Program-made: the position numbers and the translations under genes
The notes under the pieces: model-generated
Database searches by the model: none
What the model was told of the DNA's origin: nothing
The model's input: only the letters and a program-made list of their open reading frames with translations
NCBI GenBank assembly: GCA_951406725.2
Contig: OX597819.1
Location: 31,558,001-31,622,000, forward strand
Origin: Octopus vulgaris
Taxonomy: Eukaryota
Reading direction: 5' to 3'
DNA length: 64,000 nt
Shown: one piece after another, positions 1 through 15,744 of the stretch
Numbering within the stretch: the stretch's first letter is position 1
Layout of the letters: the number at the start of each line of letters is the position of its first letter

Positions 1-214
1 TAAATATACAGTGATGTGCGCAGTTACTAAATATTTTCGTAAGTGGTTTTGTCTTCTTGATAGATGATATTTATTACATATTTACATCAAATAACCGGAA
101 ATAAGTGTCGACCATGCAATAAGATCTTGATATCAAAAATATGCAGTCTGCTTTGAAATAGATTCAAATCACATTTCTGCCACTTCTGACCACTGTAACT
201 ATTACCACACTTGG

Positions 215-1110
215 CTGCGTGGGTTTGAAAGTAAATAGAGAAGGAAAATGCAATATTGTTTTCTGGTTTCAAATTTTGGTACGGTAATAGAAGGGAATAA
301 GTCACTTGCATCGAACCCAATGATCAACTGATACTTTATTGTATCGCTCCCGAGAAGCAGAGTAGACCTCGGTGGAATTTGAGCTGGAAACATACAAGCG
401 GAAGAAATGCCGCTAAGCATTTCGTCCTGCGTGCAAACGATTTTGTTAGCTCGCCACCATTTTGGCTTGAAATAACTACCCTTTATTTCCTATTTACAGA
501 TCCTGTTTCCCTGAACCACATCTCACTAACTCAGAACATAAAGCCGGAAGAAATGCTGAGAAGTACTTTGTCCGGCATGCCGACAATTATGCCAGCTTAC
601 TGCTTTAATATTCTTTTCTACTTTAGGTACAAGGCCTGAAATCTTTGCTTACATCGATTCCAGTACCTGGCTGGTACTTATTTTATCGACCCTTTATATT
701 ACTTTAATTGTTTCTGCTATAAGTACAAATCCTGAAATTGTGAGGGAGAGGACTGACTATTCGATTGGATCAAGCCCAGTGCTCAACTGGTACCTATTTT
801 TTTTTTGGAGGGGGGGGCTGAAAAAGATGAAAGGCAAAGCCGACCTCGGCAGAATTTGAGCATACCTTTGGTACAGCCGGAAACAATTCAGTTAATATTG
901 GTTTCAAAGTTTCGTACGAAGCTTGCAATTTCGGGAGAGGGCTAGTCGATTACATCGACTCCTGTGCTTAACTGATTCTTATTTTATGGGCGCCGAAAGG
1001 TTGTAATGCTAAGTTGACCCCGGCAGCATTTAAACTCAGAAGATTAAGTCGGAAGAAAAGCCGCTAAGCATTTTGGCCGGCGAGATAACGATTCTGCCAG
1101 CTCACCGCCT
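215..1110 (-). mobile_element. Cluster of decayed/fragmented SINE family A copies (tRNA-derived, MetaSINE-like core)
   Basis: Repeated reverse-complement matches to GCCTTTCATCCTTTCGGGGTCGATAAATTAAGTACCAG and to the head GGCGGCGAGCTGGCAG, e.g. 355-458, 780-860, 945-1110. Confidence 0.75.
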
Positions 1111-1214
1111 TAATATTGCTTGAAATAAAAATCTAGAGAGAGTGAGAAAGAGGGGGAGTGGGAGAGAGATAGAGTGTGTATGCCTATGCATGAATGCGTG
1201 AGTGAAATACTACA

Positions 1215-1910
1215 ATATGTAAGGTCTATAAGGTGGCGATTTGGCAGGAACGTTAGCACGCCGCGCGAAATGCTTAGCGAAATTTCGTCTGCCGTTACGT
1301 TGTGAGTTCAAATTCCGCCGAGGTCGACTTTGCCTTTCATCCTTTTGGAGGCCGATAAATTAAGTACCAGTTGTGTACTGGGGTCGATGTAATCGACTGT
1401 CCCCTCCCCCAAAATTTCGGGCCTTGTGCCTAGAGTAGAAAAGGATATATGTAAGGTCTATAAGGCGGCGAGCTGGCAGAAACGTTAGCACGCCGGGCGA
1501 AATGCTTAGCGAAATTTCGTCTGCCGTTACGTTGTGAGTTCAAATTCCGCCGAGGTCGACTTTGCCTTTCATCCTTTTGGAGGCCGATAAATTAAGTACC
1601 AGTTGCGTACTGGGATCGATCTAATCGACTGTCCCCTCCCCCAAAATTTCGGGCCTTGTGCCTAGAGTAGAAAAGGATATATGTAAGGTCTATAAGGCGG
1701 CGAGCTGGCAGAAACGTTAGCTACCCGGGCGAAATGCTTAGTGGTATTTCGTCTGTCTTTATGTTCTAAGTTCAAATTACGCCGAGGTCGACTTTGCCTT
1801 TCATCCTTTTGGGGGTCGATAAATTAAGTACCAGTTACGCACTGGGGTCGATCTAATCGACTGGTCCCCTCCACAAAATTTTCGGGCCTTGTGCCTAGAG
1901 CAGAATGTAG
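1215..1910 (+). mobile_element. Three tandem SINE family A copies, 232-bp period
   Basis: ATATGTAAGGTCTATA recurs at 1215, 1447 and 1679. Each is followed by the head (A box TGGCAGAAACGTTAG, B box GTTCAAATTCC) and the core GCCTTTCATCC. Confidence 0.9.
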
Positions 1911-1959
1911 ATAAAAGGCCACATATTTGTGGATTGGAATGACAGGATGAAATGTATTC

Positions 1960-2210
1960 CAGTACGTGTCTGCTACTTTATTTATCGACTACATCGATTC
2001 AGTGCACAACTAGTACTTATTTTATCCGTTGCGTAAAGATAAAAGGCAACGTGGACCTCGACGGAATTTGAACTTTTGAACGTAAGGACGTAAAGCATTT
2101 TGCCTAGCGTGTTAATAATTCTGCCAGCGTGCCGCCTTAACTGGTCATATTTTATCGACCCCGAAAAGATGAAAGACAAAGTCAACCACAGCAGAATTTG
2201 AACTCAGCAT
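1960..2210 (-). mobile_element. Decayed SINE family A fragments
   Basis: GACCTCGACGGAATTTGAAC, CTGCCAGCGTGCCGCC and TTTATCGACCCCGAAAAGATGAAAG. Confidence 0.7.
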
Positions 2211-2604
2211 AATGAAATACTATAATAATACTATATGGATGGAGTAATATTTCTTTCGTTGATCCTGCCTAAACGGAACAGTAATTTAATTGTGTGATTA
2301 AGTACGTTTCATTATGTGTAAAGGTATCTGTTTATGTGTGTGAACACAAGTGAAAGCGTTTGTAGTCATTGTGTTTATTGTACAGAACAGCATTACGGAT
2401 ATTCTTTTCAACCATGTTTAAATACAAACTCGCCGATTATAAACTGGTTTATTTAGGTGTTTCACATTAATGTTCTCCTGTGTCCTTGTTGGTGTCTTGT
2501 TACATCGGCTGGAATTTGGAATGTGAAAGCCTTCATATACATACGCATACATATATACATACATACAAACATATACATACATACATTCACATTATGTGTG
2601 TGTG

Positions 2605-4380
<1,776 letters not shown>

Positions 4381-5199
4381 AAGGAGCGAGTTAAGTGGTG
4401 GTCGTATAGAAATGGGGGAAAGGCGTGAAAAGAGAGATGAATGGATGGAATATATATAACGGTAAACATGAGGGATGCAAAAAAAAAAAAATAAAATAAG
4501 TAAAGAAATAAGTTGTTTGAAAGGGCATATTTGTAACTAGGGCTATGGTTGGTTAAATTTTCAAAAAACGGTTGCAGTTAAGGGAGTACCACAAGTATAA
4601 CGTAATAATTGGAAAACGGGTGAATTTATGTGAAAAAATATTCTTCTATCGGAATACGTTTAATATATTAAGAAGGAAAATTATTTTTTAGAATTCTGCC
4701 TAAGTTTCTTATTCAACATGTTACTCAATCTTTATAAGATATTAATCGTATTAAAAGTCTTTCTTTCTTTCTTTTTTCCGCATATTGTAGCCAAATAAAT
4801 AACATGCCCATCCAACCGTGACACATTCCCAAAGAAATTATTTACTCAGCTAATATTGATATTAATACAGTTTCTAAATTATTTATTGGATTAACATCAA
4901 ACTCAGCAACCAACACCTTTTCGCGTTCCGCCATCAAACCAGACATTTTGATACGATGTAATCCAAATTTGTTTGAAATCTCTAATCGAAAGAACACGAA
5001 TTCAAATTGCAACTTGAAAATCATTTGTTTACATTTTACCTTTCAACTGTTTCAGTTATTGAATTGTGGCCATGCTGAGGTGCCGCTTTGAAATGTTTAA
5101 ACGAATTGATCGACCATCTCCTCCTCCCCACCAATACTTTTTTTTAAAAATCTGGTACTTATTCTATCGATACTCTTTGCCGAACAGCTAATGTTACGG

Positions 5200-6502
5200 T
5201 CCCAAATGTATTGACCCTGTCTTTCGTTTGGACTAAATCAGTGAAGTCGAGAGGAGTATCGTGCAAATTGGGTAAGGCACGTTCTTCATACATTCAGAGC
5301 ACAGGCATTTAGCTTAGCCAAGGACTTAGAATTTCTGGGAGGACGCTGCAAAAAAAAAAAAAAAAAAGAGAGCATTATGGAAAGGACACTTCATCCTTAC
5401 TGGCAAGGGACAACACGGGAGTGACAGATTACGGGTTATTAGGTATCCTTATTTGGTGAAGCAGGATGTCGCCACGGGTCATCTTCGACGATGGGAGTGA
5501 TTATTCAATCGCACTGATCAGCTACTGCCCGTCTTAAACTGGGCAGTCCCTTGTCAGTAAGGTGCTGATCCACCACATCTATGGAGCTAGGACAAAAACC
5601 GAAAAGCAGACGTAAAGTCCAGCACCTGGCAAAAGAGGAAGGAAATTGAAATTGACCCAACTGAAACTGGGGACCTGGAATGTCAGAACAATGACAACCG
5701 GAATGGACATTACAGAACTGGACAAAACAGAGGACATCAGGAAAACGGCAATCATTGACAGGGAGCTCACACAGCTGAATGTAGACATCACTGCCCTGCA
5801 AGAGACAAGACTTGCTGACTCTGGTTCCATTAGGGAAAGAAATCACACATTCTTCTGGAAGGGCCTTGGGGAAGATAAGAGGACCTTGTATAGCAGACAG
5901 GACAGGTGCCTCGGCATTTTCCATCTCAGATGCCTCCGCAAGATCTTAGGCCTAACATGGCGCGACAAGGTCACCAATGTTGAAGGGCTGGCCCAGGCGA
6001 ATCTTCAAAGCATGACAACTATCTTGTATATGAGAAGACTGAGGTGGCTGGGGAATGTCAAGAGAATGGATGACCATCGAATCCCGAAGCAACTGCTCTA
6101 TGGAGAACTGGCCCAGGGCAAGAGACCAAGAGGAAGACCAAAACTGAGGTATAAGGACACTTGCAAAACTAGTTTGTCCAAGTATGAGGTGGCTGTCGGC
6201 ACAAGGGAAGAGAGGGCTGGGGACAGAACAACGTGGAGAACTATGGTGAAGGAGGGAACTGCTTCGCTAGAGATCAGCTACAGAAACAAACAAGTCAGCG
6301 GCGAAAGGAAAACAACAGAAATGCAGAGCGGCCGAGCCACCCTCTTGGTATGCAAGTACTGTGTCAGAAGCTGCGCTTCAATAATAGGAAATAGGAAGAA
6401 TCAACCATGAAAGAAGCTGCAAGAAAAGGAGCCCCGGATATGTTCGATTAAGTGTCCTCTAATCTAAATTGACCGTCTGCATAGACGAAAAGGGCCAATT
6501 AT
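5200..6502 (+). mobile_element. Internally deleted non-autonomous RTE-clade LINE with 11-bp TSD
   Basis: TSD TAATGTTACGG at 5189-5199 and 6503-6513. ORF 5646-6410 joins the APE N-terminus (LKLGTWNVRTM, ITALQETRL) to the RTE C-terminus (FHLRCLRKILG, RRLRWLG, RIPKQLLYGEL, RGRPKLRYKD). RTE-like 3' end GTCTGCATAGACGAAAAGGGCC. Confidence 0.9.
5646..6410 (+). pseudogene. Fused RTE ORF (APE N-terminus + C-terminal domain, RT core deleted)
   Basis: 254-aa open frame; junction GLGEDKR|TLYSRQDR near 5880. Confidence 0.8.
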
Positions 6503-7354
6503 TAATGTTACGGGGACGCAAAACAAACCAATACCGGTTGTCCAAGCGGTGGTGGGAGACAAACAACGCAACACAAACACAAAGATGCATTCGCATAGAT
6601 GCACACACATAAATACGTACACACACACACACACACGCCCCTCCCCCCACGCACGCATGCACACGCAAATATGCGACAAGCTTCATTTTGTAAATGAAGG
6701 AATTGGTCGGCCCGCGGCCATAGTAGAAGATACTTGTCTCCACGATGCTACGCTGTGTGGCCGTGAAGCAAACTTCTTACACAACCAGAACTCACTGAAG
6801 GATCGCCAAATTTTAACTTTATACTAGAAGTCCTTTTCAACTTTGCATATCAGACATATTAGAAACTCATCATTCTAAGACCCCAATACGCTTAAAATTC
6901 TTCAATGCTCCAAGTTGCTTATATACGACACTAAAACTAACTACCCTTTATTCCCTATTTACTGATCCTGTTTCCCTGAACCACATCTCACTAACGATAT
7001 TTATATCTTTCTCTCCATGTAGGTATATTCCCCCCTCTGTCGTATTTCCCGCACATGTATTTCATTTAAAGCCACCTTTCACTGAATTCTACCTTTCCAA
7101 CGATCATTCATTTTGGGTCCCTTTTATCTCAACTAATTTTGGCATTTTAACCAGTCATGTTACTCTCAATATTTCAAATGTGAGTCTGAGACGTTTCGGC
7201 ACAGCCGTATTGGCATTGATTATTTGACGTCACTGATTTGACGCTGACTTATTTGACAACAGAAGCTTTAATGTTTCTATCGTTCTCTCTTATCTTTTTC
7301 TCGTTCTCTTTCTCTCTTTCTGTGCTTTTCGCTCTCTTTGTCACTCTCCGTGCT

Positions 7355-7386
<32 letters not shown>

Positions 7387-7699
7387 GTTTATGTGTATGA
7401 GCATATCTCTCTTTATGTGCATAAGGAGAGGGAGTGTGTTTATGCTAATCGAGTTAAATTAATAAATGACAATATCTCCCTCTCTCTTCTCTGTCACTCA
7501 TGAGAACCTCATGAAAAGTTGAGTAATTATGAATGGAGTGAGAATAAGAAAAATTAAATGAGAGAAAGCTAAGTAGTGTTAAGGAAAAAAACATAGTGTA
7601 AAGGACAAAAGGATGAAGGAGTCTATGTATATGTGTATATTTCTGTACGTGCGTGCGTGAACGTGTGTGAATGTTTCCCACAAGTGCCAAAAAGTACTG

Positions 7700-7992
7700 T
7701 GGAGGCACATGGCCTAGTGGTTAGAGCAGCGGACTCGCGGTTCGAATCTCAGACCCGGCGATGTGTGTGTTTATGAGCGAAACACCTAAGCTCTACGCGG
7801 CTCCGGCAGAAGGGAATGGCAAACTTCTGCTGACTCTTTCGCCACAACTTTCTCTCACTCTTTCCTCCTGCATCTTGAAGCTCACCTGCGACGGATTGGC
7901 GTCCCGTCCAGGTGGAGAACCTATACGCCAAGGAAACCTGGAAACTGGCCCTTATGAGCCAGGTATGGCTCGAAAAGGAACAAACAAACAAA
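7700..7992 (+). mobile_element. SINE family C (tRNA-like head), tail type 1
   Basis: GGAGGCACATGGCCTAGTGGTTAGAGCAGCGGACTCGCGG..TTCGAATC head; ends GAACAAACAAACAA. Confidence 0.85.
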
Positions 7993-8232
7993 AAGTACTG
8001 TAATCGAAACAGCCTGAATACTCAGATAGCCGTGCCAAATCCTTAGTGTGCAAGCAGCAACGTCAAATGGTTCCATTTCATGAAACGTGTCCTTTCAGAG
8101 TGCGTTTCTTTCTCCCGATTTACTTATTTACCTTTTTACCGTTAAATATCCCCCTTAATCCTTCTCCCTTTGCACTAGGTTTTACTTTTAACACCATTTT
8201 TCTGATCCATTCGTTATTACATAACTTTGCAT

Positions 8233-8702
8233 TCTTTTATTCTTTTACTTGTTTCAGTAATCTGAATGCGGCCATGCTGGAGCACCGCCTTGAAGAGGTT
8301 TTAGTCGAAGAAATCGACCCCAATACTTATTCGTTGTAAGCCTAGTACTTATTCTGTCAGTCTCTTTTGCTGAACCGCTAAGTTACGGAGACGTAAACAC
8401 GACAACATTGGTTGTCAAGCGATAGTGGGGAGGGGGAAAACACAAACACAAAGACACACACACATAAATATAATATACATACATACACACGCAAAAATTT
8501 ATATATATACATACATATATACATATAGATGTATATATACGATTGGCTTCTTTCAGTTTCCGTCTACCAAATCCATTCAAAAGGCTTTATTCGGCCCGAA
8601 GCTATATTAGAAGACACTTGCCCAAGGTTCCACGCAGTGGGACTGAAACCAGAACCATGTGGTTGGGAAGCAAGCTTCTTACCACGCGGTTATGCCTGTG
8701 CC
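8233..8702 (-). mobile_element. SINE family B (tRNA head, internal microsatellite)
   Basis: Reverse complement of the full copy at 46590-46999. Confidence 0.9.
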
Positions 8703-9199
8703 TTTCTTGAGCTTCTTAAGAAGCTTCTCAGTCGAAAAACAGATCCAAAAGGATTTCCATTGATTTGAACGTGAATCTCGAGTTTTGCAAAGAAAATCAG
8801 TCTGCTTCAATGTAAGGTCCGCAGATACACGGACGAGCCTTCATGGATTTTCCTTCTGCTCAAAGAACAGCAGGAGAGTATCTTTACCCAGCGAAGGAGA
8901 GAGAAATATATTGGAAACAACTCTATATATTCTACTAGACAACTTATATCAAGTTAACACATATAAACTTAATAGAACAGAACACAATAGAATCAATAAT
9001 TTATCTTGGCACAAATTCGGCTCTAGTACCGATTGGCCTCTAAGTACTACTAAAATCCATCCTGCATCATCTTGTATTTACTATATCATCTGAATAATTC
9101 TATACCAAATTAATGTGACTTATTGAAAAATCCTTAAGTAATAAATATGTTATTTTAAAAGATTTACTTCTTCTTCAACAAAACAACAACGTTATATAT

Positions 9200-9870
9200 A
9201 ATAAAGTCAGCCGTTAGCCTTGCTAGTCCTCTGAAAATACTCAGGAATACTCTAAAAATATTTGATGACGAACTTTCATCGGAAATGTTGAAATGATAAT
9301 AATATTGTTACAAACAGAAAACTGTCACAATCCACTTTACAAAAGTCTTAGGAAGAATCATATGTAGAGAGGTAATAAGATATTTAGTTCAATAGGAACC
9401 TTTTTAAACAACACCTTACATAACTTCTGGCAGGGAAGAAATTGTCAGACAAAACTTCTACATCATCAGAACCAGTTTCTTATTAGTCTGGTATATGGTT
9501 CACAATTGTATATTTTGATTTCACCTAAGCCTTCGACAAGGTCGACAATGGAATCTAATATTACAAGATATGAAACGTTAGCATAGTAGGGCTGTTACAT
9601 ATATGAATCGTTGATTTCATGACAGACTGAAATCAAACGGTAGAAATCAACAGAGACCTACTCGAAAAGTTTGTAATAATAAGTAGAGTGCCAAAAGTAG
9701 AGTGCACTGCAGCACCGCTCTGGAGTTTCCTTTTGTTCTTCACAATGTTGTTGTGAGACAGATAAAAATATATAATAGACTATTCAAGTGATCATGACAA
9801 ACGATGATGTCTGGAAAGGGACTTAGTATAGACCTGGACAAATATACAAGTCAGATTTAATTCACCTCCA
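9200..9870 (+). mobile_element. Highly decayed CR1/L2-like RT remnant
   Basis: TATTTTGATTTCACCTAAGCCTTCGACAAGGTCGAC (~9511) reads YFDFT*AFDKVD, resembling the RT motif DFxKAFDKV. An SRVPK (SGVPQ-like) motif lies downstream. Confidence 0.55.
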
Positions 9871-10055
9871 TCACGCATTATTACTATTCTATATCTAACA
9901 TCAACAACAGCTAAAGTCTGGACAGCATTTTTTTGCTACCAGCTTATAAATAAAATACAGGTACAACATCGATTTTCGGGAATCTGCGGTTCCAAAGCTT
10001 TTCTGGAATACTGATTATTATGTACCAGGGATGGTCACCTCAAAATTAAACAAAC

Positions 10056-10272
10056 ATTGGTTTCAAATTTTGGCAGAAAAACCAGCAATTTCGGTGGAGG
10101 AGAGAGGGGAGGGGAATAAGTCGATCAAATCTGGTACTTATTTTATCGACCCCGAAAGAATGAAAGGCCAAGTCGACCTCAGAGGATTTTGAACTCAGAA
10201 CGTAAAAACAGACGAAATGCCACTAAGCATTTTGCTCGGCGTAATAACTGCTCTACAAGCTCAGTGCCTTAT
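10056..10272 (-). mobile_element. SINE family A
   Basis: CTGGTACTTATTTTATCGACCCCGAAAGAATGAAAGGC core. Confidence 0.8.
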
Positions 10273-11149
10273 ATTAAACAAATATTAAATTTGCGTAAAT
10301 AATTAAATGAAATGCAGGTACTTCTACGTTTATATAAATGATACAAGTTTAATTAATACTGCCCTGTGCAAGGCACTAGCCTCTGCAATGCAGCAGTGAA
10401 CAAGTCTGGCAGCCGCAGGTATTTGGAGTTTCAGCTCGTGAATTAGTGTACATTATAGGAGGTTCCTGATCATCAGTGTCCGGAAAGTCGGTCCCGCATC
10501 TGTACTCAACTCTTCCTTGAAAGACAACACATGATGCTAGGGTGCCAAACCAACTTTCGAATCGACAAGCCTCTGTATTGTGGAACGCAACAACAAAAAT
10601 AACAAATCCAGAATTTCAAACTTCCTGAATAGAATACCACGAGGATCTAACTCCCCTACTCCCACCTTCATAACACCCACGATCTTTTCACTTCAATGCC
10701 ACCCAGATACAGTTGCTCAACGATTCCATCCTCACAAATATCATCTAGAAATCTGGCTCCAAGAACAATAAATCTACTGTAGCATTTTCCAAATCCGCCA
10801 TCTTCCTCCTCACTAGCAACGCTAGAGACCATCAGTTACAACCAAACAGTGATCGAAACAACAAATATATAAATGCAAAAATACTGAAACACACACACAG
10901 TACTTCAGTATTCGAAGATCTAAAGCACCATAAAGCGTATAAACACATTATCTGCAATTACTGGTACCATATTGACCAATATAAACAGATGTACAAACTA
11001 CATTAAATCCATTGCGGATTAAGTTATGCACTGCCCCAATTCTTCCTAATATATCAACAAAATACAGTGCATGACTATTGATAGCATGCAGATGACTTAT
11101 GAAACATATTAAACTTATTAAACATGATGTTTTCAAATTTATATAAATT

Positions 11150-11390
11150 TTGAGAAACACAAATAAGAAAGAAGAAAGCAAAGGACCACTGAGGTCACAG
11201 GAGTGTGACGAAAGAACTCTGGCCGAAATAAGATTAAGATTAATGTAAAAAAATGAATAACGCTGAAGCAAAGTAACACCAAATATATAGTGCGTGTGTT
11301 TTTATTGGCTAAACTGGCAAAATTACCATTCCTAAATACAATAATATCTGTTTCAACACACGATTTCACATCAAAAATCTTGCAAAACAA
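11150..11390 (+). mobile_element. Penelope-like pseudo-LTR fragment with decayed hammerhead-like motif
   Basis: Homologous to 58350-58585 (shared ATATATAGTGCGTGTGTTT and GTTTCAACACACGATTTCACATCA). Contains CCA-CTGAG-GTCAC-loop-GTGAC-GAAA..TC-TGG and abuts (TA)n. Confidence 0.5.
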
Positions 11391-11485
<95 letters not shown>

Positions 11486-11493
11486 CGTGCGCT

Positions 11494-12851
<1,358 letters not shown>

Positions 12852-13650
12852 TATATATGTATATATATGAAACATTCCAGTTGTGATCATCATGTATTTT
12901 CCTCTTTGTACCAAAAATTACAGTATTCAGTGTGTCCTTCTATGATTGTAGCGGTGTTGTGAGGAAGAAGTAGCTGCTATTTCTTGTAAATCGAACGACA
13001 CGATTAGGAGTCCTTTCGAAAGCTTATGAGTATGTGTGTAAGGCTGTGTGTGTGTGTGCATGTGTGTGTGTATGCGTGTGCATGTGTATGTATGTGTGCG
13101 CATGTGTAGGTGTGTGTGAGTGTGTGTGTATATGTGAAGTGTTTACTAAAGTGGACACTGATCACTGAAGAATCGAACTTGTATCGATGATTGAATTTAT
13201 TGGTTGTTTATTTCTACAATGCGTCGTTGAGTGGAGAGGTGAGCGGGTGTGTGTGTGTGGGGAAAGCAAACCAGAAGTTGGGCAGTATCTGTGATATCAT
13301 ATTGATTTAGCACAATTGGATATCCATTGATCGTATTGAGATGATATTAGTTCAGATCAATTGAACAGAAGCTCCCCTCCTCCGTCTCATCCCACCCCCG
13401 CCTCCATATACCCTCACACGCTCCTCTACCGTCCGTATACAATCACACACTGGCAAATATGAAAGAAAAGAAGAGAAAAAAGAAGAGAAAAAGATCAATG
13501 AATGCAATAAGGAAAGAAAGCAAGAAAGAAAGAAAAGCGAAACACGAACACACACACACACACACACATATACATACACACACAAGCACACACATATACA
13601 CACTCACAAATACACGAATATAAATACGCACAACACACGACACGCACAAA

Positions 13651-13692
<42 letters not shown>

Positions 13693-14045
13693 ATATCTCA
13701 TATACAAACACACAAATACAAATATACATACACATACATGTACAATACACTAACATAAACATACACATTCTCACACATACACACAGACTAACACATACAC
13801 ATAGACTAACACATACATGGAAACAAAAACATACACACACTCGCACACGCACGTACACACACACACACACACACACACGCACATACACAAGCACACACAA
13901 ACACACATACACACACACACAGAAAGCTGTGTAATGCTTTGAACACATAACCGTATCGATGAAATATCAATAGGTCGTAGTTACAGTGAAACGAGGGGTA
14001 AAGGAAAACTTATTGATTATCTGTGGTCATATAACTCTGGTGGAA

Positions 14046-14077
14046 AACAACAACAACAGCAACAACAACAACAACAA

Positions 14078-14109
<32 letters not shown>

Positions 14110-14282
14110 ACAACAACAATAACGACAACGATGGCGACAACGACAGCAACAACAGCTACGAACTTCCTACATCGAGTACTATGCGTTGGTTTGTTGTTGC
14201 TGTTGTTGTTGGTATTGTTGTAGTTTCTGTTGTTATTGTTGTTATTGTAGTTGTTGTTGTTGATGATGATGATGATGTTGTG
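14046..14282. repeat. (AAC/AGC)n tract followed by complementary (GTT/GAT)n tract
   Basis: Read directly. Confidence 0.9.
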
Positions 14283-14683
14283 TAGCCCTAGGTCAATTCT
14301 GTTCCCGCACACTCATCGTATTAAAGACAAGAAGAGAGAATATTAAAGGAGATTTGGCTGTGATTTGTAAGCGATTGAACGGCCATGTTAAAAGACTACC
14401 TCACTGGTTAGTGTGCTTCAATTTATTGCCGTCATTTAACCCTTTGTTGCCAAGAATATGCAATAGACACAAATTGGTGTATCTGCGTTATTCAAGTCCA
14501 TTACTAATAGCAAATCTATAAGCAGTGTCTTCATGGAAAGAGAAACAGAAACAGTTAAAGAAAGAATTTAGTCACAGATGAAGTCTCAGTACAAGACTAA
14601 AACTAGTTCAGCTGATCCGTATTTTTGTGTCCATGAAGATCTTGTGCATGGAGACAAGCTGTTAATTTCCGTCTATTATTATA

Positions 14684-14900
14684 AGGCGGCGAGCTGGCAG
14701 AATTGTAAACACGCTGGGCAAAATGCTTTAGCGGCATTTCGTCTGTCTCTACGTTCTGAGTTCAAATTCTGCCGAGGTCGACTTTGCGTTTCATCCTTTT
14801 GGGGTAGATAAAATAAGTACCAGTTGAGCCCTGTGATCAATATAATCGACTTAACCCATCCCACAAACTTGCTGGCTTTTTACTAAAATTTGAAACCAGT
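14684..14900 (+). mobile_element. SINE family A
   Basis: GGCGGCGAGCTGGCAG head and core. Confidence 0.85.
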
Positions 14901-15744
14901 ATCTGTCTATTATACTATGTTGGCTAAGTGAGAGACACATCTCATATAGTGTAACACTGAAACAATATGCTGTTGACACTCCTGTAGTTTATTAGTTGAA
15001 CTAGCAGCCAAGTCTCACTGTGCGGTACCCTGGGAAAATGTCTTCTACTACAGGTCCAGGCTGACCAATGACCTGTGAGTGAATTTGGTAGACAGAAACT
15101 TGTGACGAAACTCGTAAGAAATGCCCCTTACAACTCTTATAATGGTACCCCTATTACTAAACCCAATTTTGAATCAGCTAATAAGGACGCACTCGGACTC
15201 TTAGCTACTAGGGATGTCCTGGACCCACCACCTGAAACCCTAAATCCAGAACCTCTTATAGAGTGAAAAGGAATGTTAAACAAAGGGTGGTAATCTGGTT
15301 CCATCACCCTTAGATCTCAATATTCAAAGTAGATTGCCGAATTTTTTGTGGTCGCTTTATTGAAGCATTTACCCACGTCTAGCACTTAGGTTAACAAGGC
15401 TTGTACACAATAACTCATCATATACTATAACTCAGATCACCCATATCAAATCGGAAAGATAGATGATATCCTGTATGTTAATACCAGGTCAGTTCGGATT
15501 CATTCCATTTAACAAAGTGTGCGTGACTATGGTGTAGGATATGCGCACGGCACCCTTCTGAATGACAACAACATTAGCGTATATCACAACTTCGGTAATG
15601 CTACCAGTCTTGTCGGTGATATGACTGGAAGTGTTTTCAGTGAAAGCGATAACGGCTCCGAGCGCGCAACAACCTGAACCACACTCCTCGTGGATTTGCA
15701 AAAAGATTCTGTAATTGTAAACGTCCATCCTCCTTTCCATTAGA

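Larger units (their letters stand above)
5035..6790 (-). mobile_element. SINE family B copy split by an RTE insertion
   Basis: 3' part at 5035-5199 (CTCTTTGCCGAAC..GTTACGG). It resumes at 6503 (GTTACGGGGACGCAAAAC..) and runs to the head near 6790. Confidence 0.75.

Noticed and set aside
1215-1910. CRISPR-like repeat-spacer pattern
   Set aside because: The intervening sequences are homologous SINE bodies.
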